From NCBI GenBank assembly GCA_016869515.1, contig VGDZ01000008.1:2437-66436 (forward strand): a stretch of 64,000 nucleotides of DNA, written 5' to 3'. The notes under the pieces are model-generated. The model did not search any database. It was given only the letters and a program-made list of their open reading frames with translations, and was not told where the DNA came from. This document shows, one piece after another, positions 23,315-34,857 of this stretch. Each line of letters opens with the position of its first letter. The first letter of the stretch is position 1. Position numbers and translations under genes: made by a program. The DNA comes from Alphaproteobacteria bacterium. GTDB taxonomy: Bacteria; Pseudomonadota; Alphaproteobacteria; VGDZ01.

Positions 23315-24300
23315 GGCCGCACCGCCTGCCCTAGCGCCGACGACCGTTCCGCTGCTTCGATTAGACGCATGATGTCGACTCCGGCATCCATCAACCCCGA
23401 TTCAGGCGCACGCCGCGCCCGGACGCAATCCCGGAAATGCGCGAGTTCGGCCGCCACCACCGCCACCGGGTCGGCCGGCCAGGCGCCGACCGGCTCGCGC
23501 GCGAGTTCGGGCGGCTTGGCATCGGCCAGATGGTGGCGCGCCCGCCAGGCGGTCATGGCCTCGGCGGCGAAGTCGATCTCGAGCGCGCCCTCGGAACCGG
23601 TCACGGTCAGGCGCTTGTCGGTGATCGCGCCCGGCACCACCGCATCCGGCCAGCGCCCCGGTTGCACCAGCCCGACCTCCAATTGCGCCGCCGGCCCGTT
23701 TTCCCAGGTCAGGGTCAGCAGCGCAAAGTCCTCCAGCCCGCGGCCGGAATGATCGCGCAACACGGCGTGGACCGAACTCGGCATCCCACCGACCAGCCAG
23801 CGCATCAGATCGAGGAAATGGATCGCATCGTTGCGCAGCACGCCCGCATCCCGGCGCGCGCGCTTGAAGCCGGCGAAGCGCCCGCTCAGCGCCCAAATCC
23901 GCCCGATCGTGCCGGCGGCGATGCGTCGCTTGGCCTCGATGGCGCGGGGATGAAAGCGGAAATACATCCCCACCATGGCGACGGCGCCGCCGGCAAGCCG
24001 GTGCAAAGTCTCGGCTTCGGCGGCAGTCGCCGTCGCCGGCTTTTCGATGAAAACCGGCTTGCCGGCGGTCAGCACCTCCTGGGCCAGGGCGAAATGCGTG
24101 TCGCTGGGCCCCAGCACCGTCACCGCCTCGGCCGCGGCCAGCGCCGGACGCCAGTCCTCGAGCGCGCGGCAGCCCGCCGCCTCGGCCCGCGCCCGCGCCG
24201 CCGGATCGGGGTCGAACACCCAAGGGGCCTCGCCCAGCGCCCGCCAGGCCCGCAGATGAGTCTCGCCGAACGCGCCGTTGCCGAGCTGAAGCAGGTTCAC
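23311..24300 (-). CDS. Gfo/Idh/MocA-family NAD(P)-dependent oxidoreductase
   Basis: 3' part of read-through ORF 23311..26010. GTG 24300 overlaps the tctA stop (GTGA). GKPVFIEKP motif. Confidence 0.75.
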   Translation of the reverse strand: MNLLQLGNGAFGETHLRAWRALGEAPWVFDPDPAARARAEAAGCRALEDWRPALAAAEAVTVLGPSDTHFALAQEVLTAGKPVFIEKPATATAAEAETLHRLAGGAVAMVGMYFRFHPRAIEAKRRIAAGTIGRIWALSGRFAGFKRARRDAGVLRNDAIHFLDLMRWLVGGMPSSVHAVLRDHSGRGLEDFALLTLTWENGPAAQLEVGLVQPGRWPDAVVPGAITDKRLTVTGSEGALEIDFAAEAMTAWRARHHLADAKPPELAREPVGAWPADPVAVVAAELAHFRDCVRARRAPESGLMDAGVDIMRLIEAAERSSALGQAVRP

Positions 24301-25805
24301 GTCCGCGCCCAGCGCGCCGCCAGCGACCGAATACGGCTCTCTATCCCAGGCACGCGCGACAGCAGGATCGCCGCCACCAACAGCCACAGCACGATGCAGA
24401 TTGGACGGGTGAAGAAAGCGGTGACGTCGCCCTCGGCCAACACCAGCCCGCGCACCAGGTTCTTGTCCAGCAGATCGCCCAGCACGATGCCCAGCACCAA
24501 GGGCGCCATCGGGAAATCGAGCTGGCGCAGGACATAGCCGATGACGCCGAAGGACAGCATCACCCAGACGTCGAACATCCGGCTGGCGATGGCGAAGGAG
24601 CCCACCAGGCACAAGACGAACACGATCGGCATGACGATCTCGCGCGGCACCAGCAGCACCTTGACCAGCGCCTTGGTCAGCACCAGGCCGTAGATCAGGA
24701 TGCCGATCGAGGCCAGCAGCATCATCGCCACCACGTCGTAGACGAATTGCGGGCTCTCGATCATGATCATCGGCCCGGCGCGCACGCCGTGGATCAGCAT
24801 CGCCGCCAGCAGCACCGCCGCCGGCGCCGACCCCGGGATCGCCAGCGTCAGCACCGGAATCACCGCCCCCGGCACGCAGGCATTGTCGCCGGTCTCGGCC
24901 GCCATCAGGCCCTCGATCGAGCCCTTGCCGAACTTGTCCCGCTCTTTCGAGAACCGCTTGGCCGCGGCGTAGGACGACCAGGCGGCGACATCCTCGCCCA
25001 CGCCCGGCACGATGCCGATGAAGGTGCCGATCGCGCCCGAGCGGACGATGGTCCGCCAATACTGGAACACGTCCTTCAGCCTGGGGATGACGGAATCGAA
25101 AGCGTTGATGATCGCCTTCTGCTTGGGACTGCCCAGCACCGCCAGCACCTCGGCGAAGCCGAAGGCGCCGACCAGCGCCGGGATCAGCGAAATGCCGCCG
25201 GACAGGTCGGCAAAGCCGAAGGTAAAGCGGATATAGGCGTGCACCGGCTCCTGGCCGATGCCGGCGACGAACAGGCCGAGGAAGCCGATGATCCAGCCCT
25301 TGAGCGGATCGCCGCCGGTGAGGTTGCCCGAGATGACGATGCCGAACACCGCCAGCCAGAAGAACTCGTAGGAGCCGAAATCGAGCGCGACGTTGCCCAG
25401 CACCGGGGTGAACAGCGCCAGCGCCAGCATGCCGATCCAGGTGCCGAGGATCGAGCCCGAGGTTGCGATGCCCATGGCGCGGCCGGCCAGTCCCTGCTTG
25501 GCCAGCGCATGGCCGTCCAGGCAGGAGGCGGCCGAAGCCGGCGTGCCCGGAATGTTGAGCAGGATGGCCGAGCGGCTGCCGCCGTAGATCGCGCCGACAT
25601 AGGTGCAGATCAGCACCAGGATGGCCTCGCTGGCCTTCATCTTGAAGGTCAGCGTGGTCATCAGCGCCACGCCCATGGTCGCGGTCAGGCCGGGCAGCGC
25701 GCCGATGACGACGCCCAGCAGGCTCGACCACAGCATGGTGAAGACGGCATCGAAGGTGGCATAGGCCGCCAGCGAGCGCCCGAAGGCTTCGAGTCCCTCG
25801 AACAT
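24297..25805 (-). CDS. tctA: tripartite tricarboxylate transporter, large permease
   Basis: Track ORF 24297..26021; start at MFEGLEAFG (25805). Polytopic, 502 aa. Confidence 0.9.
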   Translation of the reverse strand: MFEGLEAFGRSLAAYATFDAVFTMLWSSLLGVVIGALPGLTATMGVALMTTLTFKMKASEAILVLICTYVGAIYGGSRSAILLNIPGTPASAASCLDGHALAKQGLAGRAMGIATSGSILGTWIGMLALALFTPVLGNVALDFGSYEFFWLAVFGIVISGNLTGGDPLKGWIIGFLGLFVAGIGQEPVHAYIRFTFGFADLSGGISLIPALVGAFGFAEVLAVLGSPKQKAIINAFDSVIPRLKDVFQYWRTIVRSGAIGTFIGIVPGVGEDVAAWSSYAAAKRFSKERDKFGKGSIEGLMAAETGDNACVPGAVIPVLTLAIPGSAPAAVLLAAMLIHGVRAGPMIMIESPQFVYDVVAMMLLASIGILIYGLVLTKALVKVLLVPREIVMPIVFVLCLVGSFAIASRMFDVWVMLSFGVIGYVLRQLDFPMAPLVLGIVLGDLLDKNLVRGLVLAEGDVTAFFTRPICIVLWLLVAAILLSRVPGIESRIRSLAARWART

Positions 25806-26314
25806 CAGGGCAGCCGCACCAGGAACAGTTCCTGGAAGACGTAATGCACGCCGATCGCCACCGCCGCCGCGATCGCCAGGACCTTGACGAGGCTGCGGCG
25901 GGTGGTGCCGGCATCGCGCCACTCCTCCCAGCCCAGCACGATGAAGCTGGCGGACAGAAAGGCGAAACTCGCCAGCCAGAACGGCAGCCGGCCGACCGCC
26001 ACCAGGGCAAAGGCCAGGCACAAGACCAGGGTCACCAGCATGGTGCGGAACGGGGTGCCGGCGCGCTCGAACACCGTCTCGCCCGTGCCCAGCCGATGGC
26101 CGCCCTGGCGAGTCGAGCGCCAGATCAGCGCCAGCGACAGCAGCAAGACGATGGCGCCATGGAAACTAGGCACCAGCCCCGGCCAGGTGTAGAGGCCGGT
26201 GCCGCCCGAAGTCATCGCCGGGATGCGCTGGGCCTCGGCGACGATGCCGAGGCCCAGCAGCGCGAAAAACACGCCGGCGAGAAAATCGCGCTTGGACTGA
26301 CGGGTTGGAATCAT
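25805..26314 (-). CDS. tctB: tripartite tricarboxylate transporter, small subunit
   Basis: 169 aa, 4 TM. Its stop overlaps the tctA start by 1 nt. Confidence 0.8.
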   Translation of the reverse strand: MIPTRQSKRDFLAGVFFALLGLGIVAEAQRIPAMTSGGTGLYTWPGLVPSFHGAIVLLLSLALIWRSTRQGGHRLGTGETVFERAGTPFRTMLVTLVLCLAFALVAVGRLPFWLASFAFLSASFIVLGWEEWRDAGTTRRSLVKVLAIAAAVAIGVHYVFQELFLVRLP

Positions 26315-26363
26315 GCCGAAACCGATGCCGGGCGGGTCGGATCGGCCCGCCCGGCGCTGCGGC

Positions 26364-27368
26364 TCACTTAGCCGGACGCGGAATGCCTACGGTCGAAGGA
26401 TCGAGCTTGGCCTTGCCGGCGTCGAAGTAGTTCCACGAGATTTCCTGCACCATGGCGAAGCCGCGCTTGTGCGCCTCGGCGCCCGAGGACGGATCGAACG
26501 CCGCGCCGCGCGCGGTGGCATAGGCCCGCAGCTTGGCCGAGTTGGCGATCTTGCTCGACCACACTTGGTTCATGGTCTCGATCACCTCTTTGGGCGTGTC
26601 CTTGTGGGCCCACATGCCGAAATAATTGGCCGCGCTGACGAAATTGGGCAGCCAGTTGGTCACCGGCGGGATGTCGCCATAGCCGTCCAGCGTCAGCGGC
26701 TTGCCGGCCAGCACCGCCAGCGGACGGACCCGCTTGGCGCGGATCATCTCGGCCTGTTCCGAGGCCAGCTGGGCGGTGGCGTGGGCCTCGCCCGAGGCGA
26801 CCGCGATCACCGCCGGATTGCCGCCGTCATAGGTGACGTGCTTGTACTTCATGCCGGGGTTGAGCTTGACCAGCAGTTCCATGGCGTTGTGCGCGGCCGA
26901 GCTGATGCCGGCGGTGGCGACGGGAATGCCGTCGCCGCGGGCCTTGAGCAGGTCGACGAATTCCTTGAAGTCCTTGTAGGGCGTGGCGGCGCCGACGCCG
27001 ACCACCGAAACGTTGGCGATGGCGAGATAGAAATGCCAATCGGCCATGCCGGTATCGAGCAGCCCGGTGACGCGGTAGGAACCGACATCGCCGGCCGCGC
27101 CCGAGGCCCAGGTGTAGCCGTCCTTGGGCGCTTCCAGCACGCTCTTGGTGCCGATCGAGCCCGAGGCGCCGGGCTGGTTGACGACCACGAATTTCTGGCC
27201 GAGCGCATCCTCCAGCTCGCCGGCGACGACGCGGATGACCTGGTCGGTCGAGCCGCCTGCCGCCCAGGGCACGATGATGTTGACCGGCTTGGTCGGCTTC
27301 CAGTTTTGCGCCCCGGCCGGCAGCGCCAGAACCACCGCCGCCGCGGCGGCCAACAGCATGCGTGTCAT
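26364..27368 (-). CDS. tctC: Bug/TctC-family periplasmic substrate-binding protein
   Basis: Start at MTRMLLAAAAAVVLALPAGAQN (signal peptide); 334 aa. Confidence 0.85.
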   Translation of the reverse strand: MTRMLLAAAAAVVLALPAGAQNWKPTKPVNIIVPWAAGGSTDQVIRVVAGELEDALGQKFVVVNQPGASGSIGTKSVLEAPKDGYTWASGAAGDVGSYRVTGLLDTGMADWHFYLAIANVSVVGVGAATPYKDFKEFVDLLKARGDGIPVATAGISSAAHNAMELLVKLNPGMKYKHVTYDGGNPAVIAVASGEAHATAQLASEQAEMIRAKRVRPLAVLAGKPLTLDGYGDIPPVTNWLPNFVSAANYFGMWAHKDTPKEVIETMNQVWSSKIANSAKLRAYATARGAAFDPSSGAEAHKRGFAMVQEISWNYFDAGKAKLDPSTVGIPRPAK

Positions 27369-27484
27369 GGCAATCCCCTTCGCTTGGTTGATCCGCATTG
27401 GCCTTAACTGTGCGTGGGCAGGCAAAGCCGAGTCAAGCGGCTTGCCGATTGCCGCGGGAGGAGCAATTAAGTATCAAAGGGGCA

Positions 27485-28558
27485 ATGTCGGTCCATTTTG
27501 GTTCGCGAATTGATTCTATCGATGCGCTGCGGGCAGTTGCCGTCACCTGCGTTTTGATCGATCATCTAGTTTCGGCGGGGAGCTCGGGTACATTCGGCGT
27601 CTGCCTATTTTTTGTTGTCAGCGGATTTGTAATTCCTGGGAGTCTCGTCTCAGATCGTCGATGGACTCTGTTGCGATTTGGGATAGCTCGATTTTTTCGG
27701 CTGTATCCGGTTTACTGGATCACTTTGGCGGCAGCCCTAGCCTTCGGAGGCATCAGCCCCGGATCGATCACGTGGGAGCGTGTGCTGACCAGCATTCTCA
27801 TGGTTCCACGCTTATTCGGTCAGGCCTATTTTCAGGGCGTTTATTGGACGCTCGAAGTTGAGCTGCTGTTTTACGTATTTATGGCCTGCGCGTTCGCCGC
27901 CGGGCTGTTGAGTAACCCGTCACGTGTCGAGCGCCTGATTGTCGCGATGGGGAGCGCGCTACTTATTGCCGGTTCGCTGAATGCCTGGGCCGGGATGGCG
28001 CTGCGAGTCCAACCCTTGGCCTATCTGTTTCTGATGCTTTCCGGCAGTTGGTTGCGGGTCCGCCCAGAAGCATCATGGACTAGGTCCACCCTGTGGATGG
28101 TTGGCATGATGACAATATTGGTCGCATTCCACGTCACGAACTACGTCATCGCACCGATCAATTATCCCGAAAATTATGATCCGGTCGAGCATCCGCCAGA
28201 ATCGATCGAACACTTGTTCACCGCGATCTATTTCCTCTTGGAGCCACGGAATCTTAGCGGCGTCTTGATGCCGCCTTTCGTATTGTTGGTGGTGCTTCGC
28301 ACGATGGAGTATCCGCCAGCATGGCTCTCCGCACTTGGCCGAATTAGCTATTCTGTCTATTTGCTTCACGTGCCGGTCGCATACCTCGTGTACGTTTCGA
28401 TTCGGGAAGTCGTGCCGTCGGTCGTCGAGAGAGCGATCGGAATTGCCTCCATAATTCTCGTAAGCGCCGCGACCTATCGCTGGATCGAACGACCGACCAT
28501 CGCCCTTGGCGGCCGGATTCATGCGCGACTCAGCGCAGATCACCGCCGCCAGGCGTGA
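27485..28558 (+). CDS. acyltransferase family 3 (OafA/NolL-like) integral membrane protein
   Basis: Start MSVHFGSRIDSIDALRAVAV...; LFFVVSGFVI, FFRLYPVYW motifs; about 10 TM. Clearly lower GC than the flanks. Confidence 0.8.
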   Translation: MSVHFGSRIDSIDALRAVAVTCVLIDHLVSAGSSGTFGVCLFFVVSGFVIPGSLVSDRRWTLLRFGIARFFRLYPVYWITLAAALAFGGISPGSITWERVLTSILMVPRLFGQAYFQGVYWTLEVELLFYVFMACAFAAGLLSNPSRVERLIVAMGSALLIAGSLNAWAGMALRVQPLAYLFLMLSGSWLRVRPEASWTRSTLWMVGMMTILVAFHVTNYVIAPINYPENYDPVEHPPESIEHLFTAIYFLLEPRNLSGVLMPPFVLLVVLRTMEYPPAWLSALGRISYSVYLLHVPVAYLVYVSIREVVPSVVERAIGIASIILVSAATYRWIERPTIALGGRIHARLSADHRRQA

Positions 28559-30312
28559 TCCAACCGCACCAACCGACCGAGCAGCGCCAGCAGCGCGACG
28601 GTGGCGACGATGATCAGCGTGCTGACGGCGTTGATGGTGTTTTCGAGGCTGAAACTGGCCTCGGCGTAGATCCGCACCGGCAGGGTCTGGGTCTGGGCGG
28701 TGACCAGGAAGGCGGTGACCGTGACCTCGCCGAACGAGATCAGGAAACCGATGATCGAGGCCGCCACCAGTCCGGGCGCAAGCTGGGGAAGGATCACCTG
28801 CACCAGCGTCGCCAGCCTGCCCGCACCCAAGCCCTGCGCCGCCTCCTCCAAGCCGCGGTCCAGCGCCGCGACCGAGGCGCGCAGCATCGCCAGCATGAAG
28901 GGCGAGACCATCACCACATGGATCGCCAGCAGCCCGAAAAAGGCCGGGATTTCTATGTACCACTGCAGCAGCTTGAGCATGCCCACCGCCTTGGCGATTC
29001 CAGGCAGCGCCAAGGGCAGCATCAACAGCGCCGCGATCAATTCGCGCCGGCCGAGCTTGTGCCGGGCCAAGGCGAAGGCCGCCGGCACGGTCAGCAAGAG
29101 CGCGATCGAAATGGTGGCGAAGGCCAGCTGCAGCGAGACCTGGAATGCGCCGATATAGCGCTGGTTGTCGAGCACCGCCCGATACCAGCGCCAGGTGAAG
29201 CCGTGGAACGAGGCCACCGTCGCCTGCGGCACGTCGTTGACCGAGGCCACCACCACCAAGCCCATCGGCAGCAACAACAGGCCCAGCCCGAGCGCCAGCA
29301 GCAGCCGGTAGACCCAGGGCGCCAGCGCATCCGCCGCCGCCCAACCCGACCGCGCCAGCCAGGGCCAACGCGTGCCGCCGAGATCCGTCGTCGCCCGCTG
29401 CGCCACCCACGGCGTCAACCTGGCGACGACCAGATTGACCATCGCCGTCGCCAGGATCGAGCAGGCCAGCATGATCATCGCCAGCGCCGCGGCGAAGGGA
29501 TAGTTCAGCAGCGCCATCGCCTCCTGCATCACCAGCATGCCGCTGACCCAAATCTTCTTGCCGCCCAGCAGCGTCGCCGAGACATAGGCCGATGACGCCA
29601 GCAGGAAGACGACGACGATGCCCCCGCGCAAGGAAGGCAACGACAACGGCAAGGTCACGCCGAAGAAGGTCCGCGCCCGCCCCGCGCCCAGACCTTCCGC
29701 CGCCTCGACCAGCCGCCGGTCCTGGCCCTGCAGCCCGTCATAGAGCGCCATGATCATGAACGGCAGGAACACCTGGGTCAGCGCCAGCCCGACCGCGAAC
29801 CAGCCGAACAGCAGCTGCACCTGACCGAATCCCAACCCGCGCAGGGCGCTGGCGAAGATTCCGCCCGGGGCCAGCAGCATCATCACGCCGAGAGACCGCA
29901 CCACCACATTGGTCAACAGCGGCACCAGCACCAGCGCGATCGCCAGCGACTTCCATCGCGCCGGCACCGAAGCCAGCCACGCCGCCACCGGGTAACCCAG
30001 GACGATGCAAGCCGTCGTGACTCCAAGACCGAGCAGGACGGTGTTGACGATGATGCGGACGTAATAGGCGTCGGTCAGCAGCGCCTGGAAGTGCTCGGCC
30101 GTGAGTTCAGCCGTGATCGGCGCGAACGGCGCTCCGGCCGGTTGGAACGACAGCAGCGCCACCACCGCCAGCGGCAGGGCGAAGCCGCCCGCCAGCCACA
30201 GCACGATCGGGGCGAGGAACAGCCCCGGTCGCCCCTCGCCTGCCGACCAGGCGACCGACTCTCTCGCCCCGGACCTGGCCGCCCCGCCTGCCGGGGCGGC
30301 CGACGCCACCAC
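28540..30312 (-). CDS. ABC transporter permease, fused two-domain type
   Basis: 590 aa with two tandem binding-protein-dependent permease domains. Confidence 0.8.
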   Translation of the reverse strand: MVASAAPAGGAARSGARESVAWSAGEGRPGLFLAPIVLWLAGGFALPLAVVALLSFQPAGAPFAPITAELTAEHFQALLTDAYYVRIIVNTVLLGLGVTTACIVLGYPVAAWLASVPARWKSLAIALVLVPLLTNVVVRSLGVMMLLAPGGIFASALRGLGFGQVQLLFGWFAVGLALTQVFLPFMIMALYDGLQGQDRRLVEAAEGLGAGRARTFFGVTLPLSLPSLRGGIVVVFLLASSAYVSATLLGGKKIWVSGMLVMQEAMALLNYPFAAALAMIMLACSILATAMVNLVVARLTPWVAQRATTDLGGTRWPWLARSGWAAADALAPWVYRLLLALGLGLLLLPMGLVVVASVNDVPQATVASFHGFTWRWYRAVLDNQRYIGAFQVSLQLAFATISIALLLTVPAAFALARHKLGRRELIAALLMLPLALPGIAKAVGMLKLLQWYIEIPAFFGLLAIHVVMVSPFMLAMLRASVAALDRGLEEAAQGLGAGRLATLVQVILPQLAPGLVAASIIGFLISFGEVTVTAFLVTAQTQTLPVRIYAEASFSLENTINAVSTLIIVATVALLALLGRLVRLDHAWRR

Positions 30313-30318
30313 GATGCC

Positions 30319-31385
30319 CTACGCCCCCGCGATCTCGCGCACGAAGCGCTGGGTCCATTGCGGCTGCATCTTGATGACGTGATCCCAGTCGAAGTCGACC
30401 AGGGTCTTCACCTGGGCATCGCCGATGATCAGCTTGGCGTTGAGACCGGCCGGCAGGTTGGCGTTGCGGATGGTGGGGCTGTAGTAGATCTGTTCGGCAT
30501 AGGCCTTCTGGCAAGCTGGCGACAGGTGCAGGTCGATCCAGGCCTCGGCCAAGGCCTGGTTCTTGGTGCCGACGGTGATGCAGGCGAAGTTGGCGGCGAT
30601 GGCTTGGCCCTCGACCGGATTGGCGATGACGATGCGCGGATTGCGCGTCTCGGCATAGTTGCGGGTGAAGCTGCCGAATTCGATCGAAGCCGCCGCCACC
30701 TTCTGGTCGAACATGCCGTAAAGCTGGTCCTGGCTCGACTGAATGGCGGCGAAAGGCTTGAGTTCGGCGATCTTGCGGAAGGCGACGTCGACGTCCTTCT
30801 CGCTGCCGCCGAAGGCCCGCGCCGTCATCAGCAGCGCGGCCGTGCCTTGCGCACCGGGATATGACGGCCAGGCGATCTTGCCCTTGAGGTCGGGCCGCCA
30901 GAAATCCTTCCAGCTGGTCATCGGCGTGGTGATGACTTCCTTGTCGTAGACCACGGTGACCGGATTGAACGCCACGCCGTAGCCGCCGATCCTGGCGACG
31001 TCGTAGAGATTGGCGAAATTCGGCACGGCGGCGGTGGGCGGTTGGGTGACTTTGTCGGCTACCGCCTGGCGGCTTTCGAAGATGTTGAGATAGATGATGT
31101 CGAAGCTGGGCCGGCCGCGCTCGGCATAGGCGCGCGAGCGGCGATCGGGGGTGCCGCCCAGCACGTAGTTGATCTTGACGCCGTATTTTTCTTCCAGCGG
31201 CTTGGCGCAATGCTCGCGGGTGATGCGCTCCTGCGCCCCGCCCCAGATGCCGACGGTCAACGTGTCGCCGCGATTGATTGCGGCGCGCACCGAGGTCGAA
31301 AGGATGGCCGGCGCTAGGCCGGCGGCGAACATCATGCCGCCGGCGTGACGGCGGGTCAGGCCGGTGCGCGAAACGGGCTTGCGGG

Positions 31386-31389
<4 letters not shown>
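30319..31389 (-). CDS. ABC transporter periplasmic substrate-binding protein (family 1, PotD/FbpA-like)
   Basis: 3' part of track ORF 30319..32544, from ATG 31389 (MTRKPVSRTGLTRRHAGGMMFAAGLAPAIL...). ATGA overlap with the ATPase stop. Confidence 0.75.
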
Positions 31390-32468
<1,079 letters not shown>

Positions 32469-32606
32469 TCGCCTGCCGAAACGCGGCGCCCTCCTCGCTC
32501 CCAAAACGCTGCCACAACCGCCTCCACCCGGCAACCCGACGCAATCCAGGATTGCGCGCAATGCGGCCCGATTGCCCGGCGACGGCCGGACGGCTAGCCT
32601 TGCGCC

Positions 32607-33386
32607 ATGGCCAAACGCGGCATGCTCGCCTTGGGTTCGGCGCCGGCGACGGCGTGGCGGGTCTCGGCCACGGCGGTCGACATGACCCGGCCCCGGCACC
32701 GGCCGCGCAAGGTGACCGTCGCCGCCCAGCCGCAGCGCGTGACCTTCGATGCCGCGCGCGCCGCCATGATCGTGATCGACATGCAGAACGATTTCTGCTC
32801 GCCCAAGGGCTGGCTGGCGCATATCGGCGTCGACGTGCGCCCGGCGCGGGCGCCGATCAGGCGGTTGAACGGATTGCTGCCGGCGCTGCGCCGGGCCGGC
32901 ATGCCGGTGATCTGGGTGAATTGGGGAAACCGGCCGGACCGCCTCAATCTCAGCCCGTCATTGCTGCATGTCTACAAGCCGAGCGGGCGCGGCATCGGTC
33001 TGGGCGATCCCTTGCCCGGCAATCGCGCGCCCGTGTTGCAGCGCGGCAGTTGGGCGGCGGCGATCGTCGACGGCCTCGAGACCGATCGCCGCGACATCCA
33101 TGTCGCCAAGTACCGCATGAGCGGATTCTGGGACACCGAACTCGACAGCATGTTGCGCAATCTCGGCGTGACGACCTTGCTGTTCGGCGGCGTCAACGCC
33201 GACCAGTGCGTGCTGTGCACGCTGCAGGACGCCAATTTCCTGGGCTATGACTGCCTGCTGGTCGAAGATTGCACCGCCACCACCTCGCCCGGCTTCTGCC
33301 TGGAGGCGACGCTCTACAACGTCAAGCAGTGCTTCGGCTTCGTCACCGATTCGACCGCGTTGCGGCGAGGCTTCGCCCGGCGATGA
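32607..33386 (+). CDS. isochorismatase-family cysteine hydrolase
   Basis: MIVIDMQNDF ... FGGVNADQCV catalytic Cys motif. The start may be the internal ATG at 32682. Confidence 0.8.
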   Translation: MAKRGMLALGSAPATAWRVSATAVDMTRPRHRPRKVTVAAQPQRVTFDAARAAMIVIDMQNDFCSPKGWLAHIGVDVRPARAPIRRLNGLLPALRRAGMPVIWVNWGNRPDRLNLSPSLLHVYKPSGRGIGLGDPLPGNRAPVLQRGSWAAAIVDGLETDRRDIHVAKYRMSGFWDTELDSMLRNLGVTTLLFGGVNADQCVLCTLQDANFLGYDCLLVEDCTATTSPGFCLEATLYNVKQCFGFVTDSTALRRGFARR

Positions 33387-33817
33387 CTGCGCCGGCGGTG
33401 CACAAGGCGATGGCCGATTGTCCGGCCTTCCGCATCTCGCCGCGCGACACCAATTACTTCGCGCTGGTGTTCGATCCCCAGGGCGAGGAGGTCGATCTGG
33501 TCTGCGTGGTCGAAATCTTCCAGCAAGGCGGCAAGACCCCGCCCAATGTCCATCAGCGCGCCGAGGAGATGTTCTTCGTGCTCAAGGGCGAGGGCGTCGC
33601 CAGCTGCGGTGGCACCGACACGCCGATTCGGGCCGGCGATGCGCTTTTGCTGCGCCGCGGCCAAAGCCACGTCATCGCCAACACCGGCACGGGCAAGCTC
33701 TATACGCTGACGGTGATGGTGCCGAACGAGGATTTCGCCGAGCTGATTCGCAAAGGCACTCCGGTCGCGCTCGATGCCGAGGATCGGGCGGTCATCGCCG
33801 GCCTGCACCGCGGCTGA
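33383..33817 (+). CDS. cupin-domain protein
   Basis: The ATG at 33383 overlaps the isochorismatase stop (ATGA). PPNVHQRAEEMFFVLKGEG ... GQSHVIANTG cupin motifs. Confidence 0.7.
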   Translation: MTAPAVHKAMADCPAFRISPRDTNYFALVFDPQGEEVDLVCVVEIFQQGGKTPPNVHQRAEEMFFVLKGEGVASCGGTDTPIRAGDALLLRRGQSHVIANTGTGKLYTLTVMVPNEDFAELIRKGTPVALDAEDRAVIAGLHRG

Positions 33818-34685
33818 TTCCGCGCTCGGCGGCGTAGAGCGCCAAGGCGACCCCGCCCAGGATTCCGACCGACGCCAGCAGCAACCGCATCGACAGCGCC
33901 TCGCCGATGAATGCCACCCCGCCGGCGGCGGCGATGGCCGGAACCGTGAGTTGGACGAAGGCGGCGCTGCTGCGCGGCAGGTGCGGCAGCACGCTGTACC
34001 ACACCGCATAGCCCAGGCCCGAAGCCGCCGCGCCCGAAGCGACGGCATAGGTGAAGCCCGCCGGGCTGGGCGCTTGCCAGACGATGCCGACCGCGGCGAC
34101 GGCCAGCGCTACCGGCAGGCAGCGAATGAAGTTGCCGGCGGTATCGGCCATGGGCGCGCGCGAACCGCGGCCGATCAGCGAGTATCCCGCCCAGCACAGC
34201 CCGGCCAGCGCCATCAGCCCCGCTCCCAACGGATCGGGCGCGCTCAGTCCCGGCGACAGCAGATAGACCAGGGCGACAAAAGCGACGACGAAGCCCGCCC
34301 AGCCCAGGGCCGGCGGACGCTCGCCGCGCCGGATGGCCCAGATCAACATGCCAGCCTGGACTGAGGAGAACAGGATCAGCGCCCCCGTACCTGCGTCCAA
34401 AGCGAGATAGGCAAGCGAGAAGGCGATGGCATAGCCGAACAGCGCCGCGGCCCCGGCCCAACTGCCGGCGATGGCGCGGCCCGGCCGCCAGTCGCCGCGC
34501 AGCCAGAGGATCGCGCCCAGGGCCAGCGCGCCCGAAACCATGCGCAAGCCGGTATAGCCCAGCGCCTCGGCTTCGCCCGTGCCCAGCGCCAACCGCGCCA
34601 GCACCGAATTGGCGGCGAACGCCACCATGGTCAAGGCGGTCAATGCCGCCACGCGCGCAAAGGCGTCGCTCACGAACCGATCCAA
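33792..34685 (-). CDS. DMT-superfamily (EamA) transporter
   Basis: 297 aa, about 10 TM, two EamA repeats. Confidence 0.8.
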   Translation of the reverse strand: MDRFVSDAFARVAALTALTMVAFAANSVLARLALGTGEAEALGYTGLRMVSGALALGAILWLRGDWRPGRAIAGSWAGAAALFGYAIAFSLAYLALDAGTGALILFSSVQAGMLIWAIRRGERPPALGWAGFVVAFVALVYLLSPGLSAPDPLGAGLMALAGLCWAGYSLIGRGSRAPMADTAGNFIRCLPVALAVAAVGIVWQAPSPAGFTYAVASGAAASGLGYAVWYSVLPHLPRSSAAFVQLTVPAIAAAGGVAFIGEALSMRLLLASVGILGGVALALYAAERGISRGAGRR

Positions 34686-34701
34686 GGTCGCGGGGGTGCG
34701 G

Positions 34702-34777
<76 letters not shown>

Positions 34778-34857
34778 GTACCGACCGGGGCCGGGCATAT
34801 AGCAAAGCCGGCCGGGCTTGTCGATGGCCGCGCCGCGGCGCCCGGCAGGCGGGCCGC

